A DNA stretch of 35,357 bases from Nitrosopumilaceae archaeon (GCA_965200155.1 CBDATR010000007.1:1-35357); one strand, 5' to 3'; positions 1-10,241 are shown, counted from the stretch's first letter. The notes: generated by a model from the letters alone, not told the origin. Numbers and translations are program-made.

Positions 1-1
1 T

Positions 2-781
2 AACCTGCCCAAGACCGTCGACGCCAACACGCTTCTTGTGTGTAGTAGTGTATCCGGAGATACCGCGGAGACACTGAGTGTCATGGGGAAGGCATCTGAG
101 ACCCCGTGCCATAAAGTGGCATTCACTTCTGGAGGGAAACTATCTAAATACTGTGACAGAAATAACATTCCATGCCATGTTGCAAGTTTCATCCACTCGC
201 CGAGGGCATCCTTTGTATCATTCCTGTATACCATGCTGGGGGTATTGGGTCAGGATATAGTATCTCGTACTCAGGTACGCCATTCCATAGCGAAAATTGT
301 ACGAATTCATGCACAGATAGGATCACAGAACATGACGCATAGTAACCCAGCCTTGGAGTTGGCACAGTGGATACGGGGCATACCAATAATCTATTATCCA
401 TGGGGATTCAAGGCAGCAGCCACCCGGTTCAAGAACTCGCTGCAGGAGAACGCCAAAAATCACGCCATGACCGAAGATGTCCTGGAAGCCAGTCACAACG
501 GATTGGTGGCATGGGAGAGAACTGCGCCCGTGTGTCCCATCATGATAAGTGGGCCCGATGACAACCCCAAGACCAAGGAGAGGTGGGACATTTTCTCAGA
601 ATACTTTGATGAGAACTCCATACAGTATAGAATAGTACGCGCCCAAAAAGGGCACATAATATCAAAGTTGGTTGGGCTCATATATACATTGGACTACACC
701 TCGATTTATCTTGCAGTCCTGAATCAGGTTGATCCCACACCTGTACGCCCCATCAATTTTATCAAAAAGAGGACAGATTGA
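2..781 (+). CDS. Bifunctional phosphoglucose/phosphomannose isomerase (SIS domains), 5'-truncated by window edge
   Basis: Frame is open from base 2 (NLPKTVDANTLLVCSSVSGDTAET). Motifs SxSGxTxET, TSGGKL, PRAS, RFKNSLQENAK and EASHN are typical of archaeal PGI/PMI. Confidence 0.88.
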   Translation, partial: NLPKTVDANTLLVCSSVSGDTAETLSVMGKASETPCHKVAFTSGGKLSKYCDRNNIPCHVASFIHSPRASFVSFLYTMLGVLGQDIVSRTQVRHSIAKIVRIHAQIGSQNMTHSNPALELAQWIRGIPIIYYPWGFKAAATRFKNSLQENAKNHAMTEDVLEASHNGLVAWERTAPVCPIMISGPDDNPKTKERWDIFSEYFDENSIQYRIVRAQKGHIISKLVGLIYTLDYTSIYLAVLNQVDPTPVRPINFIKKRTD

Positions 782-2124
782 AGGCCCACAGACTTGTCAT
801 AGCTGGAACCGGCAGCGGAGTTGGAAAGACCAGCGTAACCTGTGGTATAATACGAGGTCTTGTTACAATGGGATACTCGGTGCAGCCATTCAAGGCAGGA
901 CCGGACTATATAGATCCCGGGCACCTAGCTGCCGCCGCGGGTATAGAGGCACACAACCTAGATGCGTGGATAATGGGAAGGAGTGGGGTTGCCAAGAGCT
1001 TTTCCCGTAATGCGAATCGTGACATATCAGTCATCGAGGGCGTTATGGGATACTATGACGGCTTGGAGGGGAACCGGAATTTGGCCAGTACTCACCATAT
1101 AGCGCAGATAACTGGCTCCCCCGTAATACTTGTTGTCGATGCACGGGGAGCGGCTCGCTCGGTTGCCGCCACCATTCTGGGTTTTATTAGATTCTCTGCC
1201 AAGTCCGGGATTAGTGCCATAATTCTGAACAATATAGGAAGCAGTAGACACAAGGAGATGTGTGTGAAAGCCATTGCTCCCCTGGGAGTACCGGTAGTAG
1301 GGGTCATACCGCGCAATCCAGACATTGCACTCAAGTCGCGACACCTGGGGCTGGCTCCAGCCACCCATGATATGGAAGTTCAGAAGGACGTAATGAGGCA
1401 AGCCAGTTTTATAATGGATCACCTAGATATGGCGCACATACTGCATCTGGCAAAATCAGCAGAACCCATCAAGGCGCCCAAGACAGCCAAAGTTATGGAA
1501 GCCAAAACTAGGATTGGTGTGGCGCTAGACGGCAGCTTTAACTTTTACTACAAGGACAATCTGGAGCGGCTAAGAAATTCAGGAGCGGAGATTCATCTCT
1601 TTAGTCCCGAGACAGGATCCTTGCCGGAGGTGGACGGACTCTATATCGGAGGAGGCTTTCCCGAGGTGCGGGGAGACATATTACAGAATAATGATGCCAT
1701 GTTGCACGCAATAAAGAAAATCATACAGGACGGGGCCCCCACATATGCTGAGTGTGGTGGGCTGATGTACCTGGCCAAGGACATAACACATGATGGCAAG
1801 AAGTTCCGCATGGCAGGCATCTTTGATGTTACCACGGTCATGAAGAATAAGGCAACCCTAGGATACACGCAGGGCATAATGAGCGAGGGACCGCTGGTAA
1901 CATCACATGCGACCTTCCGGGGTCACGAGTTCCACTACTCCGCGCTAGAGGGTGTGTCAGAGGATTCAAGATTTGCACAAGAACTGAGTATGGGTACTGG
2001 TATTATAGACGGAAAGGACGGTATCATATCACACGAAGCCATGGCATCATACGGGCACCTATACCTAGGCAAAGGTATGGCACAAAATATGATACACCGG
2101 TGTGTCTCATACTCAAGAAGATGA
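778..2124 (+). CDS. cbiA: Cobyrinate a,c-diamide synthase
   Basis: SGVGKT P-loop, FKAGPDYIDP, EGVMGYYDG, SRHLGL, FNFYY, GGGFPE, AECGGLMYL and GHEFHYS glutaminase motifs. TTG start overlaps the upstream stop. Confidence 0.95.
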   Translation: MKAHRLVIAGTGSGVGKTSVTCGIIRGLVTMGYSVQPFKAGPDYIDPGHLAAAAGIEAHNLDAWIMGRSGVAKSFSRNANRDISVIEGVMGYYDGLEGNRNLASTHHIAQITGSPVILVVDARGAARSVAATILGFIRFSAKSGISAIILNNIGSSRHKEMCVKAIAPLGVPVVGVIPRNPDIALKSRHLGLAPATHDMEVQKDVMRQASFIMDHLDMAHILHLAKSAEPIKAPKTAKVMEAKTRIGVALDGSFNFYYKDNLERLRNSGAEIHLFSPETGSLPEVDGLYIGGGFPEVRGDILQNNDAMLHAIKKIIQDGAPTYAECGGLMYLAKDITHDGKKFRMAGIFDVTTVMKNKATLGYTQGIMSEGPLVTSHATFRGHEFHYSALEGVSEDSRFAQELSMGTGIIDGKDGIISHEAMASYGHLYLGKGMAQNMIHRCVSYSRR

Positions 2125-2751
2125 GCGTATAATCTTAAAGAGTGCATTAATTACTGCGGCGGCCGCGGCGCTACCGCCCTTCCTACCGCGATTTGTCACA
2201 TATGGAGCAGCGCCAGATAGCGCAGCAAGCTCTGCCTTGGACTCGGCGGCCTGTATGAACCCCACAGGCAGACCAACCACAAGGGACGGATGTGTTAAGT
2301 CATCTCGCATCATTGAGATTAACTCCAATAGTGCAGTGGGCGCGTTACCAATGACAACCACTGCATTATCCATTTCATTTACGCTGTATCGCATGGATGC
2401 CTTGGCACGGGTAATATTCTGTTCATGGGCAATCTTTACCACCGCGGGATCAGATATGCGGCAGAAGGCATCATTTCCAAACTCCGCAAGGTTCTGCTTG
2501 TTGAGCAGACCCAGGACACCATTTACATCACAGATTATGTTGCAGCCGTTCTTGAGAGATTCCATTCCATTATGTATTGCAGATTCATGAAATAAAATAC
2601 CGCCCTCCCGGGCAAAATCAAAATCCGCAGTCGAATGTATTATTCGGCGCACAATTGGCCACTCTTCTTGACTGTATGGATGGGAGCCTATCTCATCATC
2701 GATTATGGCCATGCTGGCATCTTCTATGGATTGACCCTTTCTAGTCTGCAC
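2113..2751 (-). CDS. cbiC: Precorrin-8X/cobalt-precorrin-8 methylmutase
   Basis: RRIIHSTADF, IGNAPTAL, GLPVGFIQAAESK and GRKGGSAAAAAVINAL motifs. Confidence 0.96.
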   Translation of the reverse strand: MQTRKGQSIEDASMAIIDDEIGSHPYSQEEWPIVRRIIHSTADFDFAREGGILFHESAIHNGMESLKNGCNIICDVNGVLGLLNKQNLAEFGNDAFCRISDPAVVKIAHEQNITRAKASMRYSVNEMDNAVVVIGNAPTALLELISMMRDDLTHPSLVVGLPVGFIQAAESKAELAALSGAAPYVTNRGRKGGSAAAAAVINALFKIIRSSS

Positions 2752-3493
2752 CCTCTACCTCCCGTGCGCGCTCAAGTATCAAGTTGATCATTTTGTCATC
2801 TGTACCCAAGTGTTTTGTTATACAGACATTTTGGATGGTTGATTTTTCCAGTGCAGGTAATAAATCCGCATTTATGTCCCGCTTAACATGAGCGCCCTCA
2901 TGTAGAAAGTAAAAGACTACCGCCAAGACTTTGGGATTATCTTTCTGGCATGACTGGATGCCCGCGTTTATGTCTGGCTGCTCTATCTCCAAGAAGCAGC
3001 GGGAGACTCGACGGTACGTCTGTTGCAGATTCTTTACCACGTAGTTGATGGATATTTGGGCATTGATATCAGTGCTGCCGTGTCCAATTATGAGTACGTC
3101 AGTATCTTGACGCGGAATGGTATGACCATACTCTAGTAGAGCAGCCTGAACACGATTATCCACCAATTGGACCATAGTTGGATGCATACTCATGGGTCTT
3201 GTTACCAGAAATTTTATCTCTGTCTTTTCCTGGTATTTCATGGCATCCCGAACTGCTACCTTTACCTTTTTGCCCGGATAAAGAAAGTAGGGCACAATGG
3301 TCAGTGTATCGAGTTTTTGTGTCAGGCATTTTTTCATGGCATCATCTATGAAGGGGGGCAAAACTTCCAAAAAGCAATAGTCCGCGTAGTCATACTGACC
3401 TCCAGACATGGCCCGCTGAGTTATTACGCGCATTTCATCGTGAGCTTCTTTCTCGCGACTCCCCCTGTCTATGATAAGTAATCCGCGCCTCAT
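2741..3493 (-). CDS. cbiX: Sirohydrochlorin cobaltochelatase (two-domain CbiX)
   Basis: Duplicated CbiX fold: RGS..CFLE..PYFLYPG and GHGS..CFLE..YFLHEGAHVKRDI. Lies in a cobalamin operon. Confidence 0.9.
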   Translation of the reverse strand: MRRGLLIIDRGSREKEAHDEMRVITQRAMSGGQYDYADYCFLEVLPPFIDDAMKKCLTQKLDTLTIVPYFLYPGKKVKVAVRDAMKYQEKTEIKFLVTRPMSMHPTMVQLVDNRVQAALLEYGHTIPRQDTDVLIIGHGSTDINAQISINYVVKNLQQTYRRVSRCFLEIEQPDINAGIQSCQKDNPKVLAVVFYFLHEGAHVKRDINADLLPALEKSTIQNVCITKHLGTDDKMINLILERAREVEGAD

Positions 3494-4536
3494 TTACTGG
3501 CCACCGCAATAGTAAGATTCGGAGGGAATTTTTGCTTTTTTATAATCAAATCACCCCCAGATACTAGGAGGGCAGCAGCTTCGGATACACTGGGCGTACC
3601 CTCAAAACGCTCAACCACCGCAGAGGGGTTTGGCGTGGCCACCTTTGCCAAGGACTCCCTATCCAACAGTTCCACGGGCACATTCAGGATTTGACCAGCC
3701 TCCTGTAGTCCCTTGACGGGTTTGGGTTTTTTCACCGAGACCAGTTTTGCTACAGACAACATGCTCATATTGTACTTGTACAGTGATGTCTCAAGCCCGC
3801 GTATAATTGTATGCGCCGTAGTGTCATGGTGGAGGCCCACACCCACAACCAAAGACGGCGGCCGGTACACTACGCTTTTCTTCATTAAATCATCTGGTAG
3901 TAGCCCGTCAGTTATTACAAGAAAGGCACTACAGTTTGACTGACGGAGGGTATCAATGTTATCATATACATGGACGTTGCCAGGCAGTGAGCCGGGCCAC
4001 CAGTTTCGCTCACCGGCATCCTGGTATAGACCTATTTTGTCATTATTTACCATGTGTGCGCTGGTAGCGGTTACTGTTGAGTCATCCTCTATGCGCCACC
4101 CCAAGTCTCTCCCCACCAAATCTACGGCTATGGTATTGTTCACATCCGCGGCAGTAGTTATTACTGGTATGGCACCGGTCCGGCTTGCCATATCCCGGGC
4201 TAGCTGGTTGGCTCCGCCTATGTGGCCCGATAATACACTAATGACATAATTGAGTTTATCATCGATTACTAGTATGGCGGGATCCACCTTTTTGCTTTTC
4301 AAGTGTGGTGCAATAAGTCGCACGACGGCGCCTAATGAAAATATACAAACAATTCCCGGATACCGGGAGAATAGCCTGCCCAGTATGTCAGGGGTGGAGT
4401 CGCTGTACCACTGAATATGAGGTGCGCCATTATCCAACTTTTTTGGGGCAAAAACGGTCATGTTTGTGAATTTTTGTGCCAAATCAATGGCAATATTTAC
4501 ACCATTTTTTGTTATGGCAAGTATGGCGACATTCAT
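3490..4536 (-). CDS. cbiG: Cobalt-precorrin-5A hydrolase
   Basis: GAVVRLIAP, DPAILVID, LSGHIGGAN, VITTAAD and SVSEAAAL motifs. True start is likely the ATG at 4536 (MNVAILAIT); the ORF-track extension to 4602 runs into a MITE. Confidence 0.93.
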   Translation of the reverse strand: MNVAILAITKNGVNIAIDLAQKFTNMTVFAPKKLDNGAPHIQWYSDSTPDILGRLFSRYPGIVCIFSLGAVVRLIAPHLKSKKVDPAILVIDDKLNYVISVLSGHIGGANQLARDMASRTGAIPVITTAADVNNTIAVDLVGRDLGWRIEDDSTVTATSAHMVNNDKIGLYQDAGERNWWPGSLPGNVHVYDNIDTLRQSNCSAFLVITDGLLPDDLMKKSVVYRPPSLVVGVGLHHDTTAHTIIRGLETSLYKYNMSMLSVAKLVSVKKPKPVKGLQEAGQILNVPVELLDRESLAKVATPNPSAVVERFEGTPSVSEAAALLVSGGDLIIKKQKFPPNLTIAVASK

Positions 4537-4556
4537 GATTAACAGTGTCGCGCGGA

Positions 4557-4564
4557 TTATAAAA
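4557..4564 (-). promoter_or_regulatory. TATA box (TTTTATAA) of cbiG-cbiX-cbiC operon
   Basis: Lies 21-28 bp upstream of the cbiG ATG, the usual spacing for a leaderless archaeal transcript. Confidence 0.6.
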
Positions 4565-4569
4565 TACTT

Positions 4570-4670
4570 GTATGAGTTCACGTCTTCCGGAATCTTATGC
4601 ACAAATCACATTAACTAGAACAACCTGTTCCATCAGTTATGCGTAAATTTAGACACAGGTGAACTCATAC
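4570..4670. mobile_element. MITE copy 1 (101 bp variant, no TSD)
   Basis: TIR GTATGAGTTCAC...GTGAACTCATAC; flanks differ. Confidence 0.9.
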
Positions 4671-4726
4671 AAGAGAGAGTCAAGTGGTTTAAGCAGTATA
4701 TCAGGGACGTCGTTACGTCACTAAAG

Positions 4727-4827
4727 GTATGAGTTCACGTCTTCCGGAATCTTATGCACAAATCACATTAACTAGAACAACCTGTTCCATCAGTTATGCG
4801 TAAATTTAGACACAGGTGAACTCATAC
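4727..4827. mobile_element. MITE copy 2 (101 bp variant)
   Basis: Identical to copy 1; 8-bp TSD CACTAAAG. Confidence 0.93.
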
Positions 4828-5308
4828 CACTAAAGATGCAAAATAGGCAGTCAGACAAATAACACCAGGAATCGGACTTGACAGAAAATAGATGATAGTA
4901 CGCTTTTGAACGCTGGAATCACGATGTGATATCAGGGTAGTGGTATTATGGTACCGCAACATGTCACTGGCAAGACCACATAATGCTATTCACTCATGTA
5001 TTCACCAATTTTATATACAAATCGTACGGAGTTGATATTTGTCACGTGATTGGTGAGTTCATGTAGGTCGCTCAAGCAATTTTCCGGTATACACCAACAG
5101 AGACTAAATCCTGCCGCTTCGTTTACAAGGCAGGGTTAGGATTGACGTGGGATCATTTCTTACCGGATTTTGTACCATGAATCAATTCGGAACGACATAA
5201 ACGGTTACGATTCATGCCATATGGGACACAATGCAGGTACGCCACTATAAATATACACAAATGCATACCGTGAGATGACCAAACTTTAGTCATCACCCTA
5301 CTCACAAG

Positions 5309-5665
5309 CTACTTGCGGAGTTTGCTGCGCCCGCCTGTAGCTGTACGAAAGACGTTCATGCCTATGTGATAATTCTCATACAGGTGATCTAGGGTCTTGA
5401 GATCTTCCTGTGCCAGCCGTATCCTTTGTGCATTACCATCAGGATTCTCCTGTAGGGACTCCAAGAGTGCAACGGTCTCCTTACGTACCAGACGGATACC
5501 CTCCTCATAGTTGGAGGTACCCTTGTACTCGGGGCTTAGTATATGACTGGGATTATACTCGGGAGTCTGGTCCTGGAACAGCTCTACCTTACGGGCAATA
5601 TCTGCAATCTCCTCTTTGGTGTATTCCCGAGGCTTGGGTTTCTCATCCGCATTATCAGTAGACAC
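5309..5665 (-). CDS. Hypothetical protein (charged, helical)
   Basis: 118-aa ORF with protein-like composition and an AT-rich TATA-like segment upstream (~5689-5700). No recognised motif. Confidence 0.6.
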   Translation of the reverse strand: MSTDNADEKPKPREYTKEEIADIARKVELFQDQTPEYNPSHILSPEYKGTSNYEEGIRLVRKETVALLESLQENPDGNAQRIRLAQEDLKTLDHLYENYHIGMNVFRTATGGRSKLRK

Positions 5666-5719
5666 TACTTGCGGATGTAATTCATGTCAAATTTTAACTT
5701 TGAGTATCATGGGCGTGGT

Positions 5720-6767
5720 TCAATAGTACGAAAAGTAAGTCCGCTTAGGATCCGGCGTACAGTAGTTCAGATTGCACAAGCCAGATGGTAAAGAGAATAA
5801 CAGAGGAATCAAGACAAAAGAGGCGTTGCCGCCACCAAAATAGCTCAAGACCTGAAACAAGACACGTACGAAGATTGTGAACCAGAGAACGGGAACGACT
5901 CGAGTAAAGATGGGCAGGCCCATGATACCAATCACCGCCACCCAGATACGAATGGTAACTGAAGCATACAGCAAGGACCCCGCCGGAGTAGTACGTATTG
6001 CAAAGAGGCTTAGACATGATACATATCGCGCAGTATATCGCATAATGAAAAAGAACGGCACGACAGTCTCACCACCTGCAGAGTGGGTACGCTATGAGCG
6101 TAAATATTCCAATGCAATGTGGCACTGGCATGTCATGAAAAATGAGCGCTTCAGGGGACTGAATCTCATAGATGATGCATCCAGGTGTATAGTCGGGGCG
6201 GCACTATTTGGGCATGCAACCTCAGAGAACGCCGTTCTATTACTGAGACTGGCGATAAAGAGATTCGGCGCCCCTGCATCTCGGATAACGGCGCGTGTTT
6301 CGTAGGACAATAAAAGGGCAAAAAGAACTGGAAACGTATGAGTTCACCTGTGTCTAAATTTACGCACAACTGATCGCGACAGTTAATGTGATTTGTGCAC
6401 AAGATTCCGGAAGACGTGAACTCATACCTGGAAACCCACTATTCGAGGAAGAACTGCTGGATCAAGACATCATGCTAATCAATTCCAGACCATACCACCC
6501 GCAGACAAATGGCAAACTGGAGCGCTTCCACAGAACGATTGAGGACGAGGGGACTCTTATTTAAGAGTCCAACGAGATATGGCATTATGACAGTCTCCGG
6601 GATTATGTGGACTTACAATGAGAGAAGATTGCACTTCTCACTGGATATAGATAACGGCGAAACACCGCTTCAGGAATAAAAAGGCGACCCAGACAATTAG
6701 GGCAAATGATGCAAAATGGATGGAGCGAGATGCCAATGACTAGCGGACCGACTTTTCATACATTACA
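5720..6767 (+). mobile_element. Degenerate IS481-family element (transposase pseudogene) with nested MITE
   Basis: Imperfect ~26-bp IRs (TCAATAGTACGAAAAGTAAGTCCGCT / TGTAATGTATGAAAAGTCGGTCCGCT). Fragments encode WVRYER..SNAMWH, DDASR, RPYHPQTNGKLERFHRTIE and a frameshifted YNERRLHFSLD. Confidence 0.85.
6336..6427. mobile_element. MITE copy 3 (92 bp)
   Basis: TSD CTGGAAAC; the empty site is visible in the second IS481 copy (~8991-8998). Confidence 0.95.
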
Positions 6768-7318
6768 CTCAAGCAGTAACAACCCCGTTGGAGCAAGCCC
6801 GCTCTTTCTACATATGATACTAGCATGTTCGCGGATTGGAGGAGTCATTACGGTGTAGCGGGAACATGCATCATGTATCCCGGATTACATACAAGCTTGG
6901 GGGTCGTTTTTTGGTTCTACGCGCGTCTCAATCTGGGACAAATTAGGCCATTAGGCAGTATTGCGCCTATTCCACTGTACATTTGACATACCTCGCAAGT
7001 TGGTGCATATGATGAACACACGTTATTAAAATTAGGTTGGCCCGTTCATTCCGCAACACATGCACATGTTATTCGTTCACCATAGAGTGAATCACTTGGT
7101 CGGTATTAGTCTTTTTTTGATCATACACGAATGCTACGAGGTGCACCAGGCAAAAGACCCGGTGCAGTCACTATAATGACTGGAAGAGTACACGCGCCGG
7201 GAACCATATCAGGACTTTGGAAATAATCCGACCATGATAAGCCATACCTGACATCAATGGACACCATGCAACAAGTGATCTAGCAGATAGCAAGTAAAGG
7301 AACCCCACACCACAAATG

Positions 7319-8008
7319 TCATGATAAATTACTATTATGCCAATCCATGGAGGCGGCCAGTCGCTCACTTGATATCATGTTACCAGTAGTTATCATTCTG
7401 AACATGTCTGGATAGACAAACGCCCGTCTAGAGTATTGCAGTATTTCATCATATTCGCCGGAGAAATAGCATTGAGTCATATTCTTGTCTGTATCACTTT
7501 CTGATGCCAATCCATATGCGTGTGCTAGGATTTGGTGTTTGAGTCCCACTGCACTCATGCCGTTTATGGGCAGGTGTACTTGTAATAGATCCATAATGAG
7601 CGGTCCGTTCATGAACCAATACTGTAGCCAGTACTCATCATCAATATCGTGTATCCTCATCCTGTTATACATAAAGAACATGTCAAAGGATAGTATGTTA
7701 TGCCCGATTATGTGCAGGGGATTTTTTTTCTTGTAGCGCTGTAAATCCTGTACTAGAAGGTAGAATTTTTTCAGTATACCCCGCTCACCCTTCTCCCACT
7801 CCTTAAGATAAAGTACCGGCAAATCGTTTATGCGATATGTGATGAGTATGACCCTACCATGAGTGTATCTTAGGGCACCATGCATGTACTTCCAGTACTT
7901 GTCACTGTCAGTGCCCAGCTCCCCGGCCTGTATGGCCTGAGTAGTATGAGAGTAGTCATCAGAGTTCACATCCGGCACAGTCATGATGTCAACGAATAAG
8001 TCAACCAC
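7319..8008 (-). CDS. RNase H-like / PolB 3'-5' exonuclease-fold (YprB-like) protein
   Basis: LFVDIMTVP (ExoI-like), IIGHNILSFD (ExoII) and EILQYS (ExoIII-like). Start trimmed to GTG 8008 because the ORF-track start lies within the tRNA. Confidence 0.65.
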   Translation of the reverse strand: MVDLFVDIMTVPDVNSDDYSHTTQAIQAGELGTDSDKYWKYMHGALRYTHGRVILITYRINDLPVLYLKEWEKGERGILKKFYLLVQDLQRYKKKNPLHIIGHNILSFDMFFMYNRMRIHDIDDEYWLQYWFMNGPLIMDLLQVHLPINGMSAVGLKHQILAHAYGLASESDTDKNMTQCYFSGEYDEILQYSRRAFVYPDMFRMITTGNMISSERLAASMDWHNSNLS

Positions 8009-8036
8009 GACATAGTTGTCGTATTCTGTTTTTAAG

Positions 8037-8113
8037 TGGTGGACCGGGTGGGATTTGAACCCACGATCTGATCCATGCCAAGGACCCATCCTGCCAGGCT
8101 AGACGACCGGCCC
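8037..8113 (-). tRNA. tRNA-Ala(GGC), CCA encoded
   Basis: Cloverleaf: acceptor GGGCCGG/CCGGTCC-ACCA, anticodon loop TTGGCAT, T-loop TTCAAAT. TATA TTTAATA at 8141-8147. Confidence 0.95.
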
Positions 8114-8377
8114 ACTGTTACAATAACTATATCATACCGATATTAAATGGTAAGGTGTACTCTGCCAATAATGCAAGTTGCTACAGGAGCCCCTGTTGTA
8201 CAGAGCTCGCCTTTTCGTGCATAAATTCAGGCCACATGATAATCATATGCAATCTACATGTCATAATGGGCACCTGGCTCAGTAATAAAATTAGGCATGT
8301 CAATCCAAGTCATGCCATCACAATTGCCAGAACAGGACTTGCGTGACGCGATTCTTTGGTGGTGGCAAGCAAGAGGT

Positions 8378-8524
8378 TCATGCCACGATTGTAGACATAC
8401 GCACACCATGTATCAAATTCAAAAAAATAGGATGCTGCTTATGCGGGTTCTTGCCTGAAGGCTTCCCTGTCTTACTGGCTCCGCCGGCCTTACCTGAGCC
8501 GCCGCCTTTTCCTTCTGTTGCCAT
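8378..8524 (-). CDS. Small Gly/Lys-rich protein (48 aa; below ORF-track cutoff)
   Basis: MATEGKGGGSGKAGGASKTGKPSGKNPHKQHP...; TATA-like TTTTATTG ~24-31 bp upstream. Confidence 0.5.
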   Translation of the reverse strand: MATEGKGGGSGKAGGASKTGKPSGKNPHKQHPIFLNLIHGVRMSTIVA

Positions 8525-8693
8525 TACATGCAAATGCATGCTACACGCAATAAAAGCACGATGTCATAATAATTCGATATTGTATCAACCACAAGTCTTG
8601 GCATATGTTTTTTCATTGCACACATGAGGTGGTCTGACAAAGCCGTGTAGGACTTTGCACATAGATATAGTGTGGACGCGCACCGCAATCTAG

Positions 8694-9723
8694 TGTAATG
8701 TATGAAAAGTCGGTCCGCTAGTAATCGGCATCCCGCTCCATCCATTTTGCATCATTTGCCCTAATTGTCTGGGTCGCCTTTTTATTCCTGAAGCGGTGTT
8801 TCGCCGTTATCTATATCCAGTGAGAAGTGCAATCTTCTCTCATTATAGTAGTCTACATAATGCCGGAGACTCATATCTCGTCCTCAATCATTCCATGGAA
8901 GCGCTCCAGTTTGCCATTTGTCTGCGGGTGGTATGGTCTGGAATTGATTAGTACGATGTCTTGATTCAGCAGTTCTTCCCAGAATAGTGGGTTTCCAGTT
9001 CTTTTTGCCCTTTTATTTCCCTACGAAACACGCGCCGTTATCCAAGATGCAGGGGCGCCGAATCGTTTCATTGCCAGTCTCAGTAATCGAGTGGTGTTCT
9101 CTGAGGTTGCATGCTCAAATAGTGCCGCTCCGACGATGCACCTAGATGCATCATCTATGAGATTCAGTCCCCTGAAGCGCTCATCTTTCATGACATGCCA
9201 GTGCCACATTGCATTGGAATATTTACGCTCATAGCGTACCCACTCTGACTTTGCAGGTGATGAGACTGTCGTGCCGTTATTTTTCATTATGCGATATACT
9301 GCGCGATATATTGTAATTCTGTCTAACCTCTTTGCAATACGTACTACTCCGGCGGGGTATGAGTTCACGTCTTCCGGAATCTTATGCACAAATCACATTA
9401 ACTGTAGCGATCAGTTGTGCGTAAATTTAGACACAGGTGAACTCATACCCGGCGGGATCCTTGCTGTATGCTTCAGTTACCATTCGTATCTTGGTGGCGG
9501 TGATTGGTATCATGGGCTTGCCTATCTTTACTCGAGTCGTTCCCGTCCTCTGGTTCACAATCTTCGTACGTGTCTTGTTTCAGGTCTTGAGATATGTTGG
9601 TTGTGGGAACGCCTCTTTTGTCTTGATTCCTCTGTCATTCTCTTTGCCATAGCCTTTCGTGGCTTGTGCAATCTGAACTACTGTACGCCGGATCCTGAGC
9701 GGACTTACTTTTCGTACTATTGA
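8694..9723 (-). mobile_element. Second degenerate IS481-family copy with nested MITE
   Basis: Reverse-complement near-copy of 5720-6767 with both IRs. Confidence 0.85.
9357..9448. mobile_element. MITE copy 4 (92 bp)
   Basis: TSD CCGGCGGG; the empty site is present in the first IS481 copy (~5979-5986). Confidence 0.95.
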
Positions 9724-9788
9724 GGCTGGAGGACGATGACAAATTACAAGACCTTGTACTGTCTGTATTTCACGCTACCACAATTCAA

Positions 9789-9880
9789 GTATGAGTTCAC
9801 GTCTTCCGGAATCTTATACACAAATCACATTAACTGTCGCGATCAGTTGTGCGTAAATTTAGACACAGGTGAACTCATAC
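9789..9880. mobile_element. MITE copy 5 (92 bp)
   Basis: TSD CAATTCAA. Confidence 0.95.
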
Positions 9881-10149
9881 CAATTCAAATGGGCACGATA
9901 AAAATTACTGAGAACCACAAGGGAAAGACGTTTATCAAGAACCAGCCCCCTCCCATATCCCCTCCAAATTAACCGCACAACAATAGAATTCAATGATGCG
10001 CCATACCATAGAATCATATCTTACACACACGAACCTTGGTGAGTTCTGTGAGATAAATGAACTCATGATTGACCATCATGACAGTAACCGTTTAGGTCAC
10101 CGTTGGATAATCGTTTAAAATGCGCCGCGAACATGTCCGCTCTCACTTT

Positions 10150-10241
10150 GTGTGAATTCACCTGTGTCTAAATTTACGCATAACTGATCGCTACAGTTAA
10201 TGTGATTTGTGCATAAGATTCAGGAAGACGTGAACTCATAC
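10150..10241. mobile_element. MITE copy 6 (92 bp, left TIR with 2 mismatches)
   Basis: TSD CTCACTTT. Confidence 0.92.

Noticed and set aside
4537-4602. N-terminal MHKIPEDVNSY extension of CbiG (also ORFs 9021, 9271, 9736, 6166, 23622, 27298)
   Set aside because: Translation of MITE sequence.
8009-8089. 5' extension of ORF 7319-8089
   Set aside because: Overlaps tRNA-Ala on the same strand.
10040-10065. TGAGTTC-N12-GAACTCA mini inverted repeat resembling MITE ends
   Set aside because: Only 7-bp arms and no TSD; could be a relic but is unsupported.
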